A stretch of 64,000 nt of DNA from the sequence record MH791400.1, one strand, 5' to 3'. Made by a program: the position numbers and the translations under genes. This DNA comes from Escherichia phage EcSzw-2. A model generated the notes under the pieces. It was not told where the DNA came from. It saw only the letters and a list, made by a program, of their open reading frames with translations, and made no database searches. Positions 33,507-43,605 of this stretch are shown piece by piece. Within the stretch, counting starts at the first letter, position 1. Each line of letters starts with the position of its first letter.

Positions 33507-35469
33507 CTTCTCCGTCTTCGTTTAATACTGGTGGAATAGTAGAACTTTGACGTTGCTCTTGAGTGTAAATCTCTCCAGTATCACGGTCAAAGACTTCATC
33601 ATCATAATGCGGCATAGAGTCATCGTAGTGGTCATCGGCTTCACCAATACCAAACTGCTGACGAATATTCTCTGCTGCACCATCAATATCAACACCACTG
33701 CCAGCAGCCTTGATAAGACGGCCTGTATCTGGATTATACCAAGTGTGACCAGCAATACCAGTTGACTTACCATGACGACGACATTTCGTTAACTTGATTT
33801 TGGTCAAGTTTTTCTTAACAGGGTCTGGGTCAACCTTGTTACGCATTAACAGAATGTTGTTCATGGAAATCTGGAAGTATGCACCAGAACCCTTGATATC
33901 CTCTTCAGAAATATCACCACCTTCAGAGTTAGCTTTCTGACCACCTGCACTCTTACGAACGTGACAGACGTTTACCTGTGCATATTGGTAACGCTTGCAA
34001 CGACGCAACAGTTCAGACAATACTTCTTCTTCATCCGTATCAGAACGTGACAGAGCCAGTGTGATAGGGTCAAGAATAATAATCTTACAGTCTAAGCTGT
34101 TAACCAGATAGTCAACAAACTCTAACAGGTTATCTTGGTCGATTGCCCCTTGGTGGTCAACGATATGAATACGACGACCAGCAGACAACTCAGCATGTGC
34201 AACCTTGATTTCATCCCAATTACGTTCATCGTAAGGAATCTCTGAAATCTGTTTGCTAAGGTGAATTGCACAGAGCATCTCCATTAACTCTTCATAAGTA
34301 TCTTCTACAGGAATTACACCGATATTGTAATCAGTTTCCTTCCAAGCAGTATAAATCATTTCACGAGTGTAAGCTGATTTACCTACTGAAGATGGTGCTG
34401 CCAGAGTTGTAATCTCACCTAAACCATAACCGCCATAAGTTAGTCTATTCAAGTCTCCGAAGGATTCTGGGAATGGAATCAGTGGAATCTGACCACGATT
34501 CTTCATTGCCTCAAAACCATCTGCGAAGTTCTTGATACCAGCAGGGCAGTAACGAGGTGCATTATAGATACGCTGTTTAAATCCTTCCAGCACTGTATCT
34601 TTCTCTTTATAAAACTTAGTCCACCATTCGTTAAGGTCTTTGACACCTTCTGGATACTGGAATAAGCGAACCTTCTCAATCGGAAGGATACCAGCAGCCT
34701 CTTTAGTGGCTTTTGCACCTGCTTCATCATTATCAAAGCACAGGTAAATCTCATCAAACGATGTGATGTACTGGTAGTTATCCTTGATAGACTTAATGTT
34801 TGCACCTGATGGAACAGATACGTGACAGTAATTCTTACGGCGAGACTTGTCTTTAATTGCAAGAGAAGTCATGTAGATTGCTGTAGCACATTCCATCTCA
34901 CCTTCCCAGATGAATAGACGGTTACCACCTTCTGGAGCAATCCATGAACCGAACATTGCCAGTTCACCTTTGATATCACCTACGCCACCAGAGAAGTCTT
35001 TCAGCTTGCCACGAAGATGTTCTTTCGGATGGTCTTCTGGGTAACGGTGACGAACACGGTAGCCTACATGCTCAAGCTTTCCATTTTCATCTTTCTTGTA
35101 AGTTGGGTAAAAGTGCGCATCAATCTCACCTTCACCATCTACATCAACCTTAATACCAAGACGGTCAAGCACCTTTGCAGGAATCTTACGGTCTTTCAAA
35201 TCCATTGCTTCAAGGTTGTCTTTTACATCGTCTAAATCCATACCACGGAAGGTACGATTTTTGTTGTCTGAACCTGTAGAATAAGTACTCACAATTTGCC
35301 CTTTATCAAAATCCCACTCTGGAAAACCTTTGTTGCAACTAAAGCAAGTCATCGAATAAGAATCATCGTCATGATGATAGATTGAACCAGCATCTGATGA
35401 ACCACACTTAGGGCAAGCACAATGACCAACAAACTGACCAGCTTCCTTCAATTTACGACCTTTAGACAT
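33478..35469 (-). CDS. bifunctional primase-helicase (T7 gp4-like: Zn-finger, TOPRIM, DnaB-type helicase)
   Basis: Zn ribbon CACPKCGSSD...CFSC; TOPRIM IYLCFDNDEAGAKAT; Walker A AAPSSVGKSAYT; probable start ATG 35469. Confidence 0.85.
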   Translation of the reverse strand: MSKGRKLKEAGQFVGHCACPKCGSSDAGSIYHHDDDSYSMTCFSCNKGFPEWDFDKGQIVSTYSTGSDNKNRTFRGMDLDDVKDNLEAMDLKDRKIPAKVLDRLGIKVDVDGEGEIDAHFYPTYKKDENGKLEHVGYRVRHRYPEDHPKEHLRGKLKDFSGGVGDIKGELAMFGSWIAPEGGNRLFIWEGEMECATAIYMTSLAIKDKSRRKNYCHVSVPSGANIKSIKDNYQYITSFDEIYLCFDNDEAGAKATKEAAGILPIEKVRLFQYPEGVKDLNEWWTKFYKEKDTVLEGFKQRIYNAPRYCPAGIKNFADGFEAMKNRGQIPLIPFPESFGDLNRLTYGGYGLGEITTLAAPSSVGKSAYTREMIYTAWKETDYNIGVIPVEDTYEELMEMLCAIHLSKQISEIPYDERNWDEIKVAHAELSAGRRIHIVDHQGAIDQDNLLEFVDYLVNSLDCKIIILDPITLALSRSDTDEEEVLSELLRRCKRYQYAQVNVCHVRKSAGGQKANSEGGDISEEDIKGSGAYFQISMNNILLMRNKVDPDPVKKNLTKIKLTKCRRHGKSTGIAGHTWYNPDTGRLIKAAGSGVDIDGAAENIRQQFGIGEADDHYDDSMPHYDDEVFDRDTGEIYTQEQRQSSTIPPVLNEDGEDDDCPFETD

Positions 35470-35659
35470 TAGCACCTCTGCGTTTTAGTTCTGCTTTCAA
35501 GCCATTTTCAATCTTGTCTAGCTCGTGAATCTCTTCTGCAATCTCTTTCCGTCTTGAAGCGACCCTTTCAAGTCGCTCCATCATAACTTCTTTGGAAAGA
35601 GATGAGAGTTCCACCGAACGATGGTCAACGACTTCTAAATTATTTACTCTCATCTTCAT
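35462..35659 (-). CDS. small coiled-coil protein (65 aa)
   Basis: ORF in operon. Confidence 0.45.
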   Translation of the reverse strand: MKMRVNNLEVVDHRSVELSSLSKEVMMERLERVASRRKEIAEEIHELDKIENGLKAELKRRGANV

Positions 35660-35664
35660 CTCTC

Positions 35665-36408
35665 TTATTTAATGATAATAGCTTTCAGCTTATTTTCGAG
35701 GTCTTCAAGACTACCATTGTTTTGAATAATGTCACGTTCAAATTTGGTAGAAATCCCATTTTCTGATTTATGTGATGAAACCTTAACCAGATTGTCTCTT
35801 TTTACCTCAATGATTTGGCTGTCAAAAGACTTTAAGAACTCTGCTTCGTGGTCAAATCGCAAGTCACTAATCAGTGCAATACCATACTGGTTAGCTTTTG
35901 AGCATGATTCAAAGAACCTTTCCATTCTCTCTGCAAGGTCACGAATCCAGAACTTCTCTCCAAGAACCTTCCTGACAACTTCAGTTCCCCAGATTTGTTG
36001 AATCTGACGTGAAGAGAACTTATAGGTTTTACTAAGCCCCATTCTGGTTAGCAGAGTAGGTTTAGCAACCTTCTTTAGTTCCATGATTAATCGTCCAGTT
36101 AGTTCACCACATAACTTAACGTCAAGGTGTAAGTTTTTGTGTGGGAATACCTGTTCAAGTGACCATTGAACTGCAAAGTACAGGTCAGAGAATCTTAAGT
36201 TGAACTTTTGAGGTGTCTCTTTAGTTTCACCATACAAATCATTCCAGTCAAGCCCAAAAATGTATGCAGCAGATTCTTTTAAACTATCTGCAAAAGCAAA
36301 GATGTGAACGTTGTAACCTTCCTCTTCTTGAAGGAAGTTCTTTGTCAACATGCAGGAAGTGTCCTTACCAGAACGAGCCTTTCCAGTAAATGCAATAATA
36401 CTTTTCAT
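35665..36408 (-). CDS. deoxynucleoside monophosphate kinase (T4 gp1-like)
   Basis: P-loop AFTGKARSGKDT (T4 gp1 has SGVKRSGKDT) and C-terminal NNGSLEDLENKLK (T4 gp1 NDGSLEELFSKIK), from memory of T4 gp1. Confidence 0.7.
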   Translation of the reverse strand: MKSIIAFTGKARSGKDTSCMLTKNFLQEEEGYNVHIFAFADSLKESAAYIFGLDWNDLYGETKETPQKFNLRFSDLYFAVQWSLEQVFPHKNLHLDVKLCGELTGRLIMELKKVAKPTLLTRMGLSKTYKFSSRQIQQIWGTEVVRKVLGEKFWIRDLAERMERFFESCSKANQYGIALISDLRFDHEAEFLKSFDSQIIEVKRDNLVKVSSHKSENGISTKFERDIIQNNGSLEDLENKLKAIIIK

Positions 36409-36423
36409 ATAACATTATCTCCA

Positions 36424-36450
36424 TACGAAAAAGCCCCCAATTAAGGAGGC
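36424..36450 (-). terminator. probable rho-independent terminator
   Basis: minus strand agcctcc-ttaatt-gggggct + ttttt. Confidence 0.55.
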
Positions 36451-36468
36451 TTTGGGAAAACAATTCTA

Positions 36469-37272
36469 TTAGTGAATCTGCGTAGAATCAAGCTTTTCTT
36501 TATCAGACAGAGCCTGAATAGTTGCTACAAACTCATCACCGAAGTGGATAGCAATCTTATCTTGAAGAACTGCTGCACCAGTTTGCATAATCACTTCACG
36601 AAGTGCTTCACCACTTACGTTACCAGCAATCTGCTCTACAAACTCAATAGGTGCATCAATCAAACCTGCAACTTCAAACAGAGCGTGAATGCTCATAACA
36701 GTGATGATTGAAGGAACCAGAGCAGTCAGTTTGACCTGAATCTCATCAAGGCCACGTTCAGCTTCGTTGTCAACAACCTCTTGGAGTTGCTCTTTAGTCA
36801 GCTTCACCATTTCCTGTGAACGTTCAAAGATATCTGCAAAGCCCCAATCCAGTTTTTCATAACGTGGAAGTTTCTCTTGAATACGCTTCTCAAGTACAGC
36901 CATCACACTAGCAATGGAGTTGATAATCAGGTTGAACGTATCATCTTCAGTGAAGTCAAGCAGTGATTCTTTCTCTTCTTCAGAGAGAACCTTGTAGTCA
37001 CCAGTTTGCATCTTATCAAAGATGTAGCCTGTAAAGGCATCTACACCAACAGCTACTGAAGCCAGAGCCAGTTGACGGTTATTCAGAAGCAGTTCAACCT
37101 GTGAGCGAAATGCTGTCTCATCAGAGATTTCTGCATTAGCCTGATAGGATTCAGGAGTTGCTTGTGAACTGAAGGTATTACTACGCATAACAATAGCAAG
37201 GCTTTCAACAGTGTTCAGCATAAAGTTGCTATCAATACCTTTAGCTGCCAGCATTTCATTTACAGTAGTCAT
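36469..37272 (-). CDS. hypothetical protein (267 aa)
   Basis: ORF. Confidence 0.55.
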   Translation of the reverse strand: MTTVNEMLAAKGIDSNFMLNTVESLAIVMRSNTFSSQATPESYQANAEISDETAFRSQVELLLNNRQLALASVAVGVDAFTGYIFDKMQTGDYKVLSEEEKESLLDFTEDDTFNLIINSIASVMAVLEKRIQEKLPRYEKLDWGFADIFERSQEMVKLTKEQLQEVVDNEAERGLDEIQVKLTALVPSIITVMSIHALFEVAGLIDAPIEFVEQIAGNVSGEALREVIMQTGAAVLQDKIAIHFGDEFVATIQALSDKEKLDSTQIH

Positions 37273-37273
37273 A

Positions 37274-37696
37274 TTAATTCTCTCTCATTTTGTTAAGTGT
37301 TTGTCGTGATAACTTTAAGCTTTCTGTAGAGGAAAAGTCAAGAACTTTTTCAGACCTTGGGAAGTAATGTCTATCCCATGAACTTTCTACATCGCTAATC
37401 AGTGTTGCTAGGTTATCTAAGTCTGTTCCGTTTTGCAACTTCTTTTTTAAAGAATCTATCAAGAAGAGTGTATCTTTAGCTTTACGCCTCTCAGCCGATA
37501 TCTCCTTCATATGCTCAAAGACTGAACATTTCATTCTTTCGTCGTAACCTTCGGAGAGTTCAATCTCATGTTGAACATCAACCATTCGACGATGATGGTA
37601 AGCGTATTCTTTTTGAGCAGCAATGTCAAGTTCTTCCAACTTTTTTAAAGCTCTCATGAAGTCAGCTATGTCTGGGTGAACAAACATTCTCTGCAT
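37274..37696 (-). CDS. hypothetical protein (140 aa), first gene of the minus-strand block
   Basis: ORF, start abuts downstream gene. Confidence 0.55.
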   Translation of the reverse strand: MQRMFVHPDIADFMRALKKLEELDIAAQKEYAYHHRRMVDVQHEIELSEGYDERMKCSVFEHMKEISAERRKAKDTLFLIDSLKKKLQNGTDLDNLATLISDVESSWDRHYFPRSEKVLDFSSTESLKLSRQTLNKMREN

Positions 37697-37953
37697 AATG
37701 CCCTCTTTTAAGTACCTATTAAACTTAATCTGTTTTCTTTACGTATTCTATACGTATAACTTTAAAGCTTCTTAAAAGCTATTAAAAATCTTTTAAGGGT
37801 TTTAAAGAAACTGTATAGTTAATCTGTAAAGGGAGTCTTTTAAGTTAAAACCCACTTCGCAAAGATTAACACCTTGTCAAGTGAATTGTCAACTTGCTTT
37901 TTGAAACTTTTTGCAGTAATGTATTGAGTCAATGATTTTGAGAGGGAGTAAAA
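37697..37953. promoter_or_regulatory. divergent intergenic control region (CTTTTAAG motifs, TTGTCAA direct repeat)
   Basis: Strand switch between the minus block and the DNA polymerase gene; ttgtcaagtgaattgtcaacttg; GGAG RBS before polymerase ATG. Confidence 0.5.
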
Positions 37954-40653
37954 ATGGAAAACGTAGATTTTGAAAACTTGCACTTGGTAGGTGATACCGA
38001 AACTGATGGGTTACTCCTTGAGTTCACAAAAGCACACGTAATGGCATTTGCAGATTACAAAGATGACAGTGACGAACCTGCTGTGTGGGTCTTCACCGAT
38101 GAACCTATTCTTGGTCACAAATGCACTAAGTATATTAAAGGTGGTCTTCGTGAAGGTGTAGAGTTTGCTCTTAAGGCAAAGCGTCTCTGCATTCATAACG
38201 GTCTTGGCTATGACTGGTGGGTGTTCAATCACATTGCACCGGACTTATGGAACTTTGACAATCCAAAGTGTAAACCTTGGGGAGACTTCTTTCAGGATTC
38301 TCTTATCCAGTCTCGTGTTCAGTGGATGGATAGACCTACACCGAAAGGTTATAAAGGTGCTCATGGTTTGGCTGCGTGGGGTGCTCGTGTTGGTGTTCGT
38401 AAACCAGAGATTGAAGAATGGGGTGTTTGGAATGCTGATATTCTGAACCGTGTTGTTGAGGATATTCGAATCAACGCCAAAACTAAACGTGCTCTTGATA
38501 ACGAATACCTGAAGTTGAAGAAGTGTGGTGTAGATACTTACGAAACCTACATGCGAGCTAAAGAAACATCTTTCTGGATGAGTCAGCAAGCTATCAACGG
38601 TTGGAAAGCTGATATTGAACTTATGCAGTTCCATGTCAAAGAACTTGACAGAATGACTGATGAGTTAGCTGCTGAAGTTGAGCCTCATCTGCCACCGACT
38701 ATCAAGACGAAAGGTAAAGTCACTGGTGAAGAGTTTGCAAAAGCTTGGAACGAGTATGTTGAGACATTTGGTAAAGCAGATGGTCTGAAGCGCATCACTA
38801 AGTATCCAAAAACTAAGTTCCGTCAGCAGGTTCGTAATGGTGAGATGCAGACTTACGCTATCAAACCTTTTGGTAAACCAACTACCAAGATTTTCAACAT
38901 TGAGAAGCGTAACTGCTACACTCCAACTAACACGGTTACTGGAGAAGAGTACAAAGAAGGCTTCGTGGCAATGAAAGATGCTCGTGCAGTTTGTAACAAG
39001 TTGAATGCTGCGATTGATAAGAAGTGCAAAGACTGGAAACCAGTTAAGACCGTGAAGACTGTGAAGTACTACAATAATCACGTAGTAAATCACTTTGAAC
39101 TTGAGTCAAGTCGTTACACAGGTTTGATTGATGCACCTTATACACCAATTGAGTTCGAAGTTTCACGCATGACTCAGGTTGCGGTTGTGAAGGATTATCT
39201 GAAAACTCTTGGCTGGATTCCTGATGACTGGAACTACAAGAAAGATTCTGATGGTCGTCCGGTGAAGGTTTGTCGCTTCAAAGATAACAAGAAGATGATT
39301 CGTAAACATCCGAAATGGCAAGAGATGGTAGACCGTTGCGGATTGAATTACGTTGAGCATGAAGGTGTACAGTACATCGAACACAACTGGTCTGTGAAGA
39401 AGTACACAGATTTGCTTGAACCTTGCTTGATTCGTACTTCACCGAAACTGACTGAATCTTCTTACGATACGATTGAAGGTGAACTTGGACAGAAGATTGC
39501 GAAGTACTATACTTTGATGCACCGACGCAGAACTATCGAGAACTCAAAGGATGATGAAAAGGGTTGGTTAAACCAGATTCGTCCAGATGGTCGTTTGAGT
39601 GCTGGTGCAATGGTGTTTGGTACTTCAACTGGACGTATGACACAATACGGAATTGTGAACGTACCTTCTGGGGCTGCTGTTTACGGTGAACCAATGAGGG
39701 CAGTCTGGATTTGTGAAGAAGGAGCCAACGTAGTCTCCGTTGATATGAACTCTGCACAGCTTGTTCTACTGTGTAACTTTATGGGTGATAAAGAGTTCAC
39801 AAAAGCGGTAACTCAGGGTAAAGAAGAGATTGAGTTTATCCGTCAGGAAGATGGCAGATACTACTGCAAACACTTTGACGAATACCTGAATCCAGAAGTT
39901 GATAAGTATCTGCGTTATGACTCTGAAAACGACTTGTACGTAGTTTACTCAGGTACTGATGCGCATACACTGAACAGTATCTACTTCAGCTTGAACGAAG
40001 AACAAGATATCCTGACTTGTCGTATGACTCAGGATGAGAATCTTCTTCACGAAATCAGTAAAGGCCGTAAGAAAGCTAAGAACGGTATCTATGCGTTACT
40101 GTTCGGTGCTGGCGATGAGAAGTTTGCTAAGACGATTAAAGCTGCGACTACTCAGGAAGGTGCATTGACTAAACAGACTTACTTTGTTCGCTTGCCGAAG
40201 ATTAAGAAACTGTTAGATGACTTGGAAGCTGACTTTAAAGCGACTAAGAAAGCACTTGAAGAGGTGTTTGGTAAGACTGCTGCAATTGCTAAAGGTGGTT
40301 TTGTCAAGGTTGCTGGAGCATGGTTGTGGTGTAAGTCTCCACACAAACTGTTGAACTACTTGCTGATGGGTTCAGAAGCACAAGTTCAGAATGAAGCAAT
40401 CAACCTTGCATGTCGTCGTATGATTGATGAAGGTTTGATGAAGTTGAATGGTCGTAAGCCAGCTATCGGTGCTCGTTTACTTTGTGCATATCACGATGAA
40501 ACAAGTTGGGAATGTCCAGAGAGCATGACAGCAGAAGTTAAGGCTGTAACTGACTGGTACTACGGACAAGCTTCTAAGAACTTAGGGCTTCGTAAAGAAA
40601 CTCTGGTAACAGGGACTGGTAAAGTTGGTAAGTCTTGGTTGGAAGTTCACTAA
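37954..40653 (+). CDS. DNA polymerase, family A, with 3'-5' exonuclease domain
   Basis: 899 aa; Exo I VGDTETDGLL; motif A VVSVDMNSAQL; motif B RKKAKNGIYALLFGAG; motif C AYHDETSWE. Confidence 0.9.
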   Translation: MENVDFENLHLVGDTETDGLLLEFTKAHVMAFADYKDDSDEPAVWVFTDEPILGHKCTKYIKGGLREGVEFALKAKRLCIHNGLGYDWWVFNHIAPDLWNFDNPKCKPWGDFFQDSLIQSRVQWMDRPTPKGYKGAHGLAAWGARVGVRKPEIEEWGVWNADILNRVVEDIRINAKTKRALDNEYLKLKKCGVDTYETYMRAKETSFWMSQQAINGWKADIELMQFHVKELDRMTDELAAEVEPHLPPTIKTKGKVTGEEFAKAWNEYVETFGKADGLKRITKYPKTKFRQQVRNGEMQTYAIKPFGKPTTKIFNIEKRNCYTPTNTVTGEEYKEGFVAMKDARAVCNKLNAAIDKKCKDWKPVKTVKTVKYYNNHVVNHFELESSRYTGLIDAPYTPIEFEVSRMTQVAVVKDYLKTLGWIPDDWNYKKDSDGRPVKVCRFKDNKKMIRKHPKWQEMVDRCGLNYVEHEGVQYIEHNWSVKKYTDLLEPCLIRTSPKLTESSYDTIEGELGQKIAKYYTLMHRRRTIENSKDDEKGWLNQIRPDGRLSAGAMVFGTSTGRMTQYGIVNVPSGAAVYGEPMRAVWICEEGANVVSVDMNSAQLVLLCNFMGDKEFTKAVTQGKEEIEFIRQEDGRYYCKHFDEYLNPEVDKYLRYDSENDLYVVYSGTDAHTLNSIYFSLNEEQDILTCRMTQDENLLHEISKGRKKAKNGIYALLFGAGDEKFAKTIKAATTQEGALTKQTYFVRLPKIKKLLDDLEADFKATKKALEEVFGKTAAIAKGGFVKVAGAWLWCKSPHKLLNYLLMGSEAQVQNEAINLACRRMIDEGLMKLNGRKPAIGARLLCAYHDETSWECPESMTAEVKAVTDWYYGQASKNLGLRKETLVTGTGKVGKSWLEVH

Positions 40654-40715
40654 TTAATGTTGACAGGGTGCTCATGGAAGAGTACCTTATGCAACATATC
40701 GTATAGGAGAACTCT

Positions 40716-40925
40716 ATGAGCCATCGTGGTCGGACTCACCTTGCAATGATGAAAGGTGCTTCAAAGGAGACTATCAAGAACCGTAAGCAGAAGTTGTTTG
40801 AGAGAATGAACAGACTCATTGACAACACTTCTCTTTCTGGTAGTGAGAAGGTTTTCTTGAAAGGAAATCTGAAGAGTATTGCACAGGAACTTATGGATAT
40901 TGAATTTTGGAGAAACCAAAAATGA
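40716..40925 (+). CDS. hypothetical protein (69 aa)
   Basis: AGGAG RBS; possible TTGACA -35 upstream. Confidence 0.5.
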   Translation: MSHRGRTHLAMMKGASKETIKNRKQKLFERMNRLIDNTSLSGSEKVFLKGNLKSIAQELMDIEFWRNQK

Positions 40926-41134
40926 CTTATGAAGAAGCTGTTGAAGCAATGAAGCAAGGTAAGAAAGTTCGTAACGAGAACTTCACATCTGATGAGTTCT
41001 TTGAAATGAAAGATGGAAAGATTGTCTGTGAAATGGGTTACCCGATGGCTTCATGGTATCGTGGCCTTGATTGGCAGAAATCTGGGTGGAGTATTGTGCA
41101 AGATTCTCCAAAAGCATCTGACTTATTCTTTTAA
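40922..41134 (+). CDS. hypothetical protein (70 aa, start at ATGA overlap)
   Basis: ORF; start chosen at the ATG overlapping the upstream stop. Confidence 0.45.
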   Translation: MTYEEAVEAMKQGKKVRNENFTSDEFFEMKDGKIVCEMGYPMASWYRGLDWQKSGWSIVQDSPKASDLFF

Positions 41135-41144
41135 GGAAAACCCT

Positions 41145-41351
41145 ATGCAAGTTTTAGTAAACTATATCTACCGTTATGATGTTGTTCACTCCACTACAAC
41201 GGTAGCTCAACGTAATCCAATTGTGCCACGAGAAGGTGAATGGGTTCGTATTGAAGGTTGGACTTACACTGTAGAGAACATCATTCACAAGTTTGATGTT
41301 GCTGGTGATGTTCAGGTTATTGATGTAGAAATTGGTGGGAAGAGAAAATGA
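41145..41351 (+). CDS. hypothetical protein (68 aa)
   Basis: Internal ATG with AGGAAA RBS; track ORF from 41013 probably over-extended. Confidence 0.45.
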   Translation: MQVLVNYIYRYDVVHSTTTVAQRNPIVPREGEWVRIEGWTYTVENIIHKFDVAGDVQVIDVEIGGKRK

Positions 41352-41539
41352 GTAAAGAAGATAAATTCAAGAATGCTGTAAGAACTGAAGATGGAAAAGT
41401 TGAGTCTTTCACTCTTAAAGTTGGTGGCAAACCATTCCATTGCCGTTGTGGAGCAAACTGTTTCCATAAACCTAACAAAGATGATTTAGAACTTTACACA
41501 TGTAACTCATGTGACACTTGGTATCATTCTGGAGATTGA
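41348..41539 (+). CDS. small zinc-ribbon protein (63 aa)
   Basis: CRCGANC...CNSCD. Confidence 0.5.
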   Translation: MSKEDKFKNAVRTEDGKVESFTLKVGGKPFHCRCGANCFHKPNKDDLELYTCNSCDTWYHSGD

Positions 41540-41541
41540 GG

Positions 41542-42642
41542 ATGACAATTCTGTACAAACAAAACAAAGATGGCTCTTTTAACGTCTGGTCATGCGTTGC
41601 CGTAGGTGACAAAGTTGTTACCACGTATGGTAAAGAAAATGGCAAGATGATGTTTGAAGAGTACACAGCAGAACCGAAAAACATCGGTAAAAAGAATGAG
41701 CGTAATGCTGAACAGCAAGCTCTCTTTGAAGTTGCTGCTAAGTATAAGAAGCAGGTTGACCGTAAAGGTTATGCTTACACAAAATCTGAAGCAGAGAACA
41801 CTGAAAAGGTTGGTGTACAACTCGCACAAGATGCTGCAAAGGTAAGTCATGCAAAGTATTTGAAGTTCCCTGCTGATGCTCAACCTAAGCTTGATGGTGT
41901 TCGTTGCCGTATATCAAGAGACACGGACTCAGTGAACTTCACAGCTTATTCCCGTGAAAATACTGTGTACAACGTACCTGAAGAGTTGATTCCAGACTTG
42001 CTGCTGATGATTAAATGCCACCCACAAGTTCAAGATTTTGATGGTGAAATCTATGCTCACGGATGGGATTTAGAAGATATTGTATCTATGATTAAGAATG
42101 CTGACAATCCAGACCGTCACCTACTTAAATTCTACTGGTATGATATCTGCGACAAAACTAAAACTTGGCCTGAGCGTCGTGAAATCATTGATAACTCGCC
42201 AATTGTTGAACTCGGTGATGCTTGCAGGGTTGTACCTGTTCAAACTATCCGTGTTAACTCTTGGGAAGAGTTTGACAAAGCCCATGATAATTGGGTTAAG
42301 CTGAAGTTTGAAGGGGCAATGTACCGTTCCATCTCAGCAGATTCTTTCTATGAGTGTGGTCACCGTTCATACTTCCTGATTAAGCATAAGAAGATGCACA
42401 CGGAAGAATTTAAAGTAACTGGTGTGAAAACTGATAAGCGTGGTCATGGTAAATTCGTTGTAGAGACACTCCCTAACGTCTTTGTGGATGTTTCATGGAA
42501 AACTACCCATGAGAAGAAACAGTATCTTGCTGAACACCCTGAAGAGTTTATCGGGAAACCTTTGACGGTTCAGTTCCAGAAGATGACTCGTAAGGGGTCT
42601 TTGCAGTTCCCTGTTGGTCTCGTTATACGAGATTATGAATAA
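41542..42642 (+). CDS. ATP-dependent DNA ligase
   Basis: Adenylation motif I PKLDGVRC (KxDG); ~366 aa; GAGG RBS before ATG 41542. Confidence 0.8.
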   Translation: MTILYKQNKDGSFNVWSCVAVGDKVVTTYGKENGKMMFEEYTAEPKNIGKKNERNAEQQALFEVAAKYKKQVDRKGYAYTKSEAENTEKVGVQLAQDAAKVSHAKYLKFPADAQPKLDGVRCRISRDTDSVNFTAYSRENTVYNVPEELIPDLLLMIKCHPQVQDFDGEIYAHGWDLEDIVSMIKNADNPDRHLLKFYWYDICDKTKTWPERREIIDNSPIVELGDACRVVPVQTIRVNSWEEFDKAHDNWVKLKFEGAMYRSISADSFYECGHRSYFLIKHKKMHTEEFKVTGVKTDKRGHGKFVVETLPNVFVDVSWKTTHEKKQYLAEHPEEFIGKPLTVQFQKMTRKGSLQFPVGLVIRDYE

Positions 42643-42648
42643 AAGTTG

Positions 42649-42708
42649 TTGACATACACTCTCCGGTAGTTATACTAGCAATATAAAATTTGATATAGGA
42701 ACTACCGG
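42649..42708 (+). promoter_or_regulatory. sigma70-like promoter (TTGACA-N16-TATACT) with 9-bp perfect inverted repeat CCGGTAGTT/AACTACCGG bracketing the -10 and start site (candidate operator)
   Basis: ttgacatacactctccggtagttatactagcaatataaaatttgatataggaactaccgg, then AGGAG RBS and ATG at 42727. Confidence 0.6.
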
Positions 42709-42726
42709 ATGAGTTAGGAGAAGAAA

Positions 42727-43107
42727 ATGAAAAAGGTTATGGTAAGTGTCATTCTGGCAACTCTGAGTTTTGGTGCATCAGCTATGACGATGCCTGAAGC
42801 AGACTTTAGTAAGGTCTCTATAGAGGCTTGTCAGATTGTTCGTAAAGTCGTAACAGATGCTGGAGAGTTGACTAAACCGTTATCTTCTCCAACCGTCATG
42901 GAAATGTCTGACCGTATCACTGACTACAATTATCGTGTGATGGCAGATTACTACGAAGCTGTTTCTGATGCTATGGTCACTCAAGACATTGACTTGCTTG
43001 ATGACAAAGACATTGAGAAGGTTGAAGATACCAAACGTGGAATGATGGATGAAACTTTCAAAGGTGTTCATTATTTTGTTGAAAAGCGTACTTGTGTAGG
43101 TCTATGA
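42727..43107 (+). CDS. secreted/periplasmic protein (126 aa, cleavable signal peptide)
   Basis: MKKVMVSVILATLSFGASAMT signal peptide. Confidence 0.6.
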   Translation: MKKVMVSVILATLSFGASAMTMPEADFSKVSIEACQIVRKVVTDAGELTKPLSSPTVMEMSDRITDYNYRVMADYYEAVSDAMVTQDIDLLDDKDIEKVEDTKRGMMDETFKGVHYFVEKRTCVGL

Positions 43108-43108
43108 T

Positions 43109-43312
43109 ATGAAGAAGAATCATTGCAAGAAGAACTATGGAGAAGTGCTTGACGACGAAGGTCATGTCATCTTCCGAGTTTACTGTGCAGATGACTCTGA
43201 AGTAGGTAAAGCACTTGATGACTATATCAATGGTACTCGTGAAAACGTCAGAGCAACAAACATAGATTCATTGATTGACACTTCCAGAAAACGGAGGAAG
43301 AAGGATGAATGA
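43109..43312 (+). CDS. hypothetical protein (67 aa)
   Basis: ORF. Confidence 0.45.
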   Translation: MKKNHCKKNYGEVLDDEGHVIFRVYCADDSEVGKALDDYINGTRENVRATNIDSLIDTSRKRRKKDE

Positions 43313-43604
43313 AGTCTTTGACCCTTACGCCCCACAAGATAAGTGGGAAGCTGATAGAGAGTATGAGATGGAAAGTTATATCTGTCCAATGGATGTAGAC
43401 GAAATGAGAGAGTTCGTTGCATTCCGTTTTGAAAAAGAAATTGAGAAAAGAAAACTTTCTCAGGCACAAGTTGCAAAAATTTGTGATATCTCTCAAAGTC
43501 GTGTTTCCAACATTGTCAATGGTACTGGAAAGATTACCCTTGAATACATGTTGAAAGCTTGTGAAAAACTTGGTGTTAACTTCAACTTAAGGCTGTCAGA
43601 TTAA
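43305..43604 (+). CDS. HTH (XRE-like) DNA-binding regulator
   Basis: KLSQAQVAKICDISQSRVSNIVNG helix-turn-helix; GGAGGAAG RBS before internal ATG. Confidence 0.6.
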   Translation: MNEVFDPYAPQDKWEADREYEMESYICPMDVDEMREFVAFRFEKEIEKRKLSQAQVAKICDISQSRVSNIVNGTGKITLEYMLKACEKLGVNFNLRLSD

Positions 43605-43605
43605 T

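Noticed and set aside
38245-39093. Minus-strand ORFs of 129 and 142 aa inside the DNA polymerase gene
   Set aside because: Antisense to a gene with unmistakable family A polymerase motifs; no RBS.
16313-40653. Inteins or introns interrupting nrdA, nrdD, the NAMPT-like gene or the DNA polymerase
   Set aside because: nrdA, nrdD and the polymerase have lengths normal for intact enzymes with motifs in expected order, and the homing endonuclease genes are free-standing between genes. The NAMPT homologue is ~110 aa longer than typical but I saw no intein splice-junction motifs; this remains unexplained rather than called.
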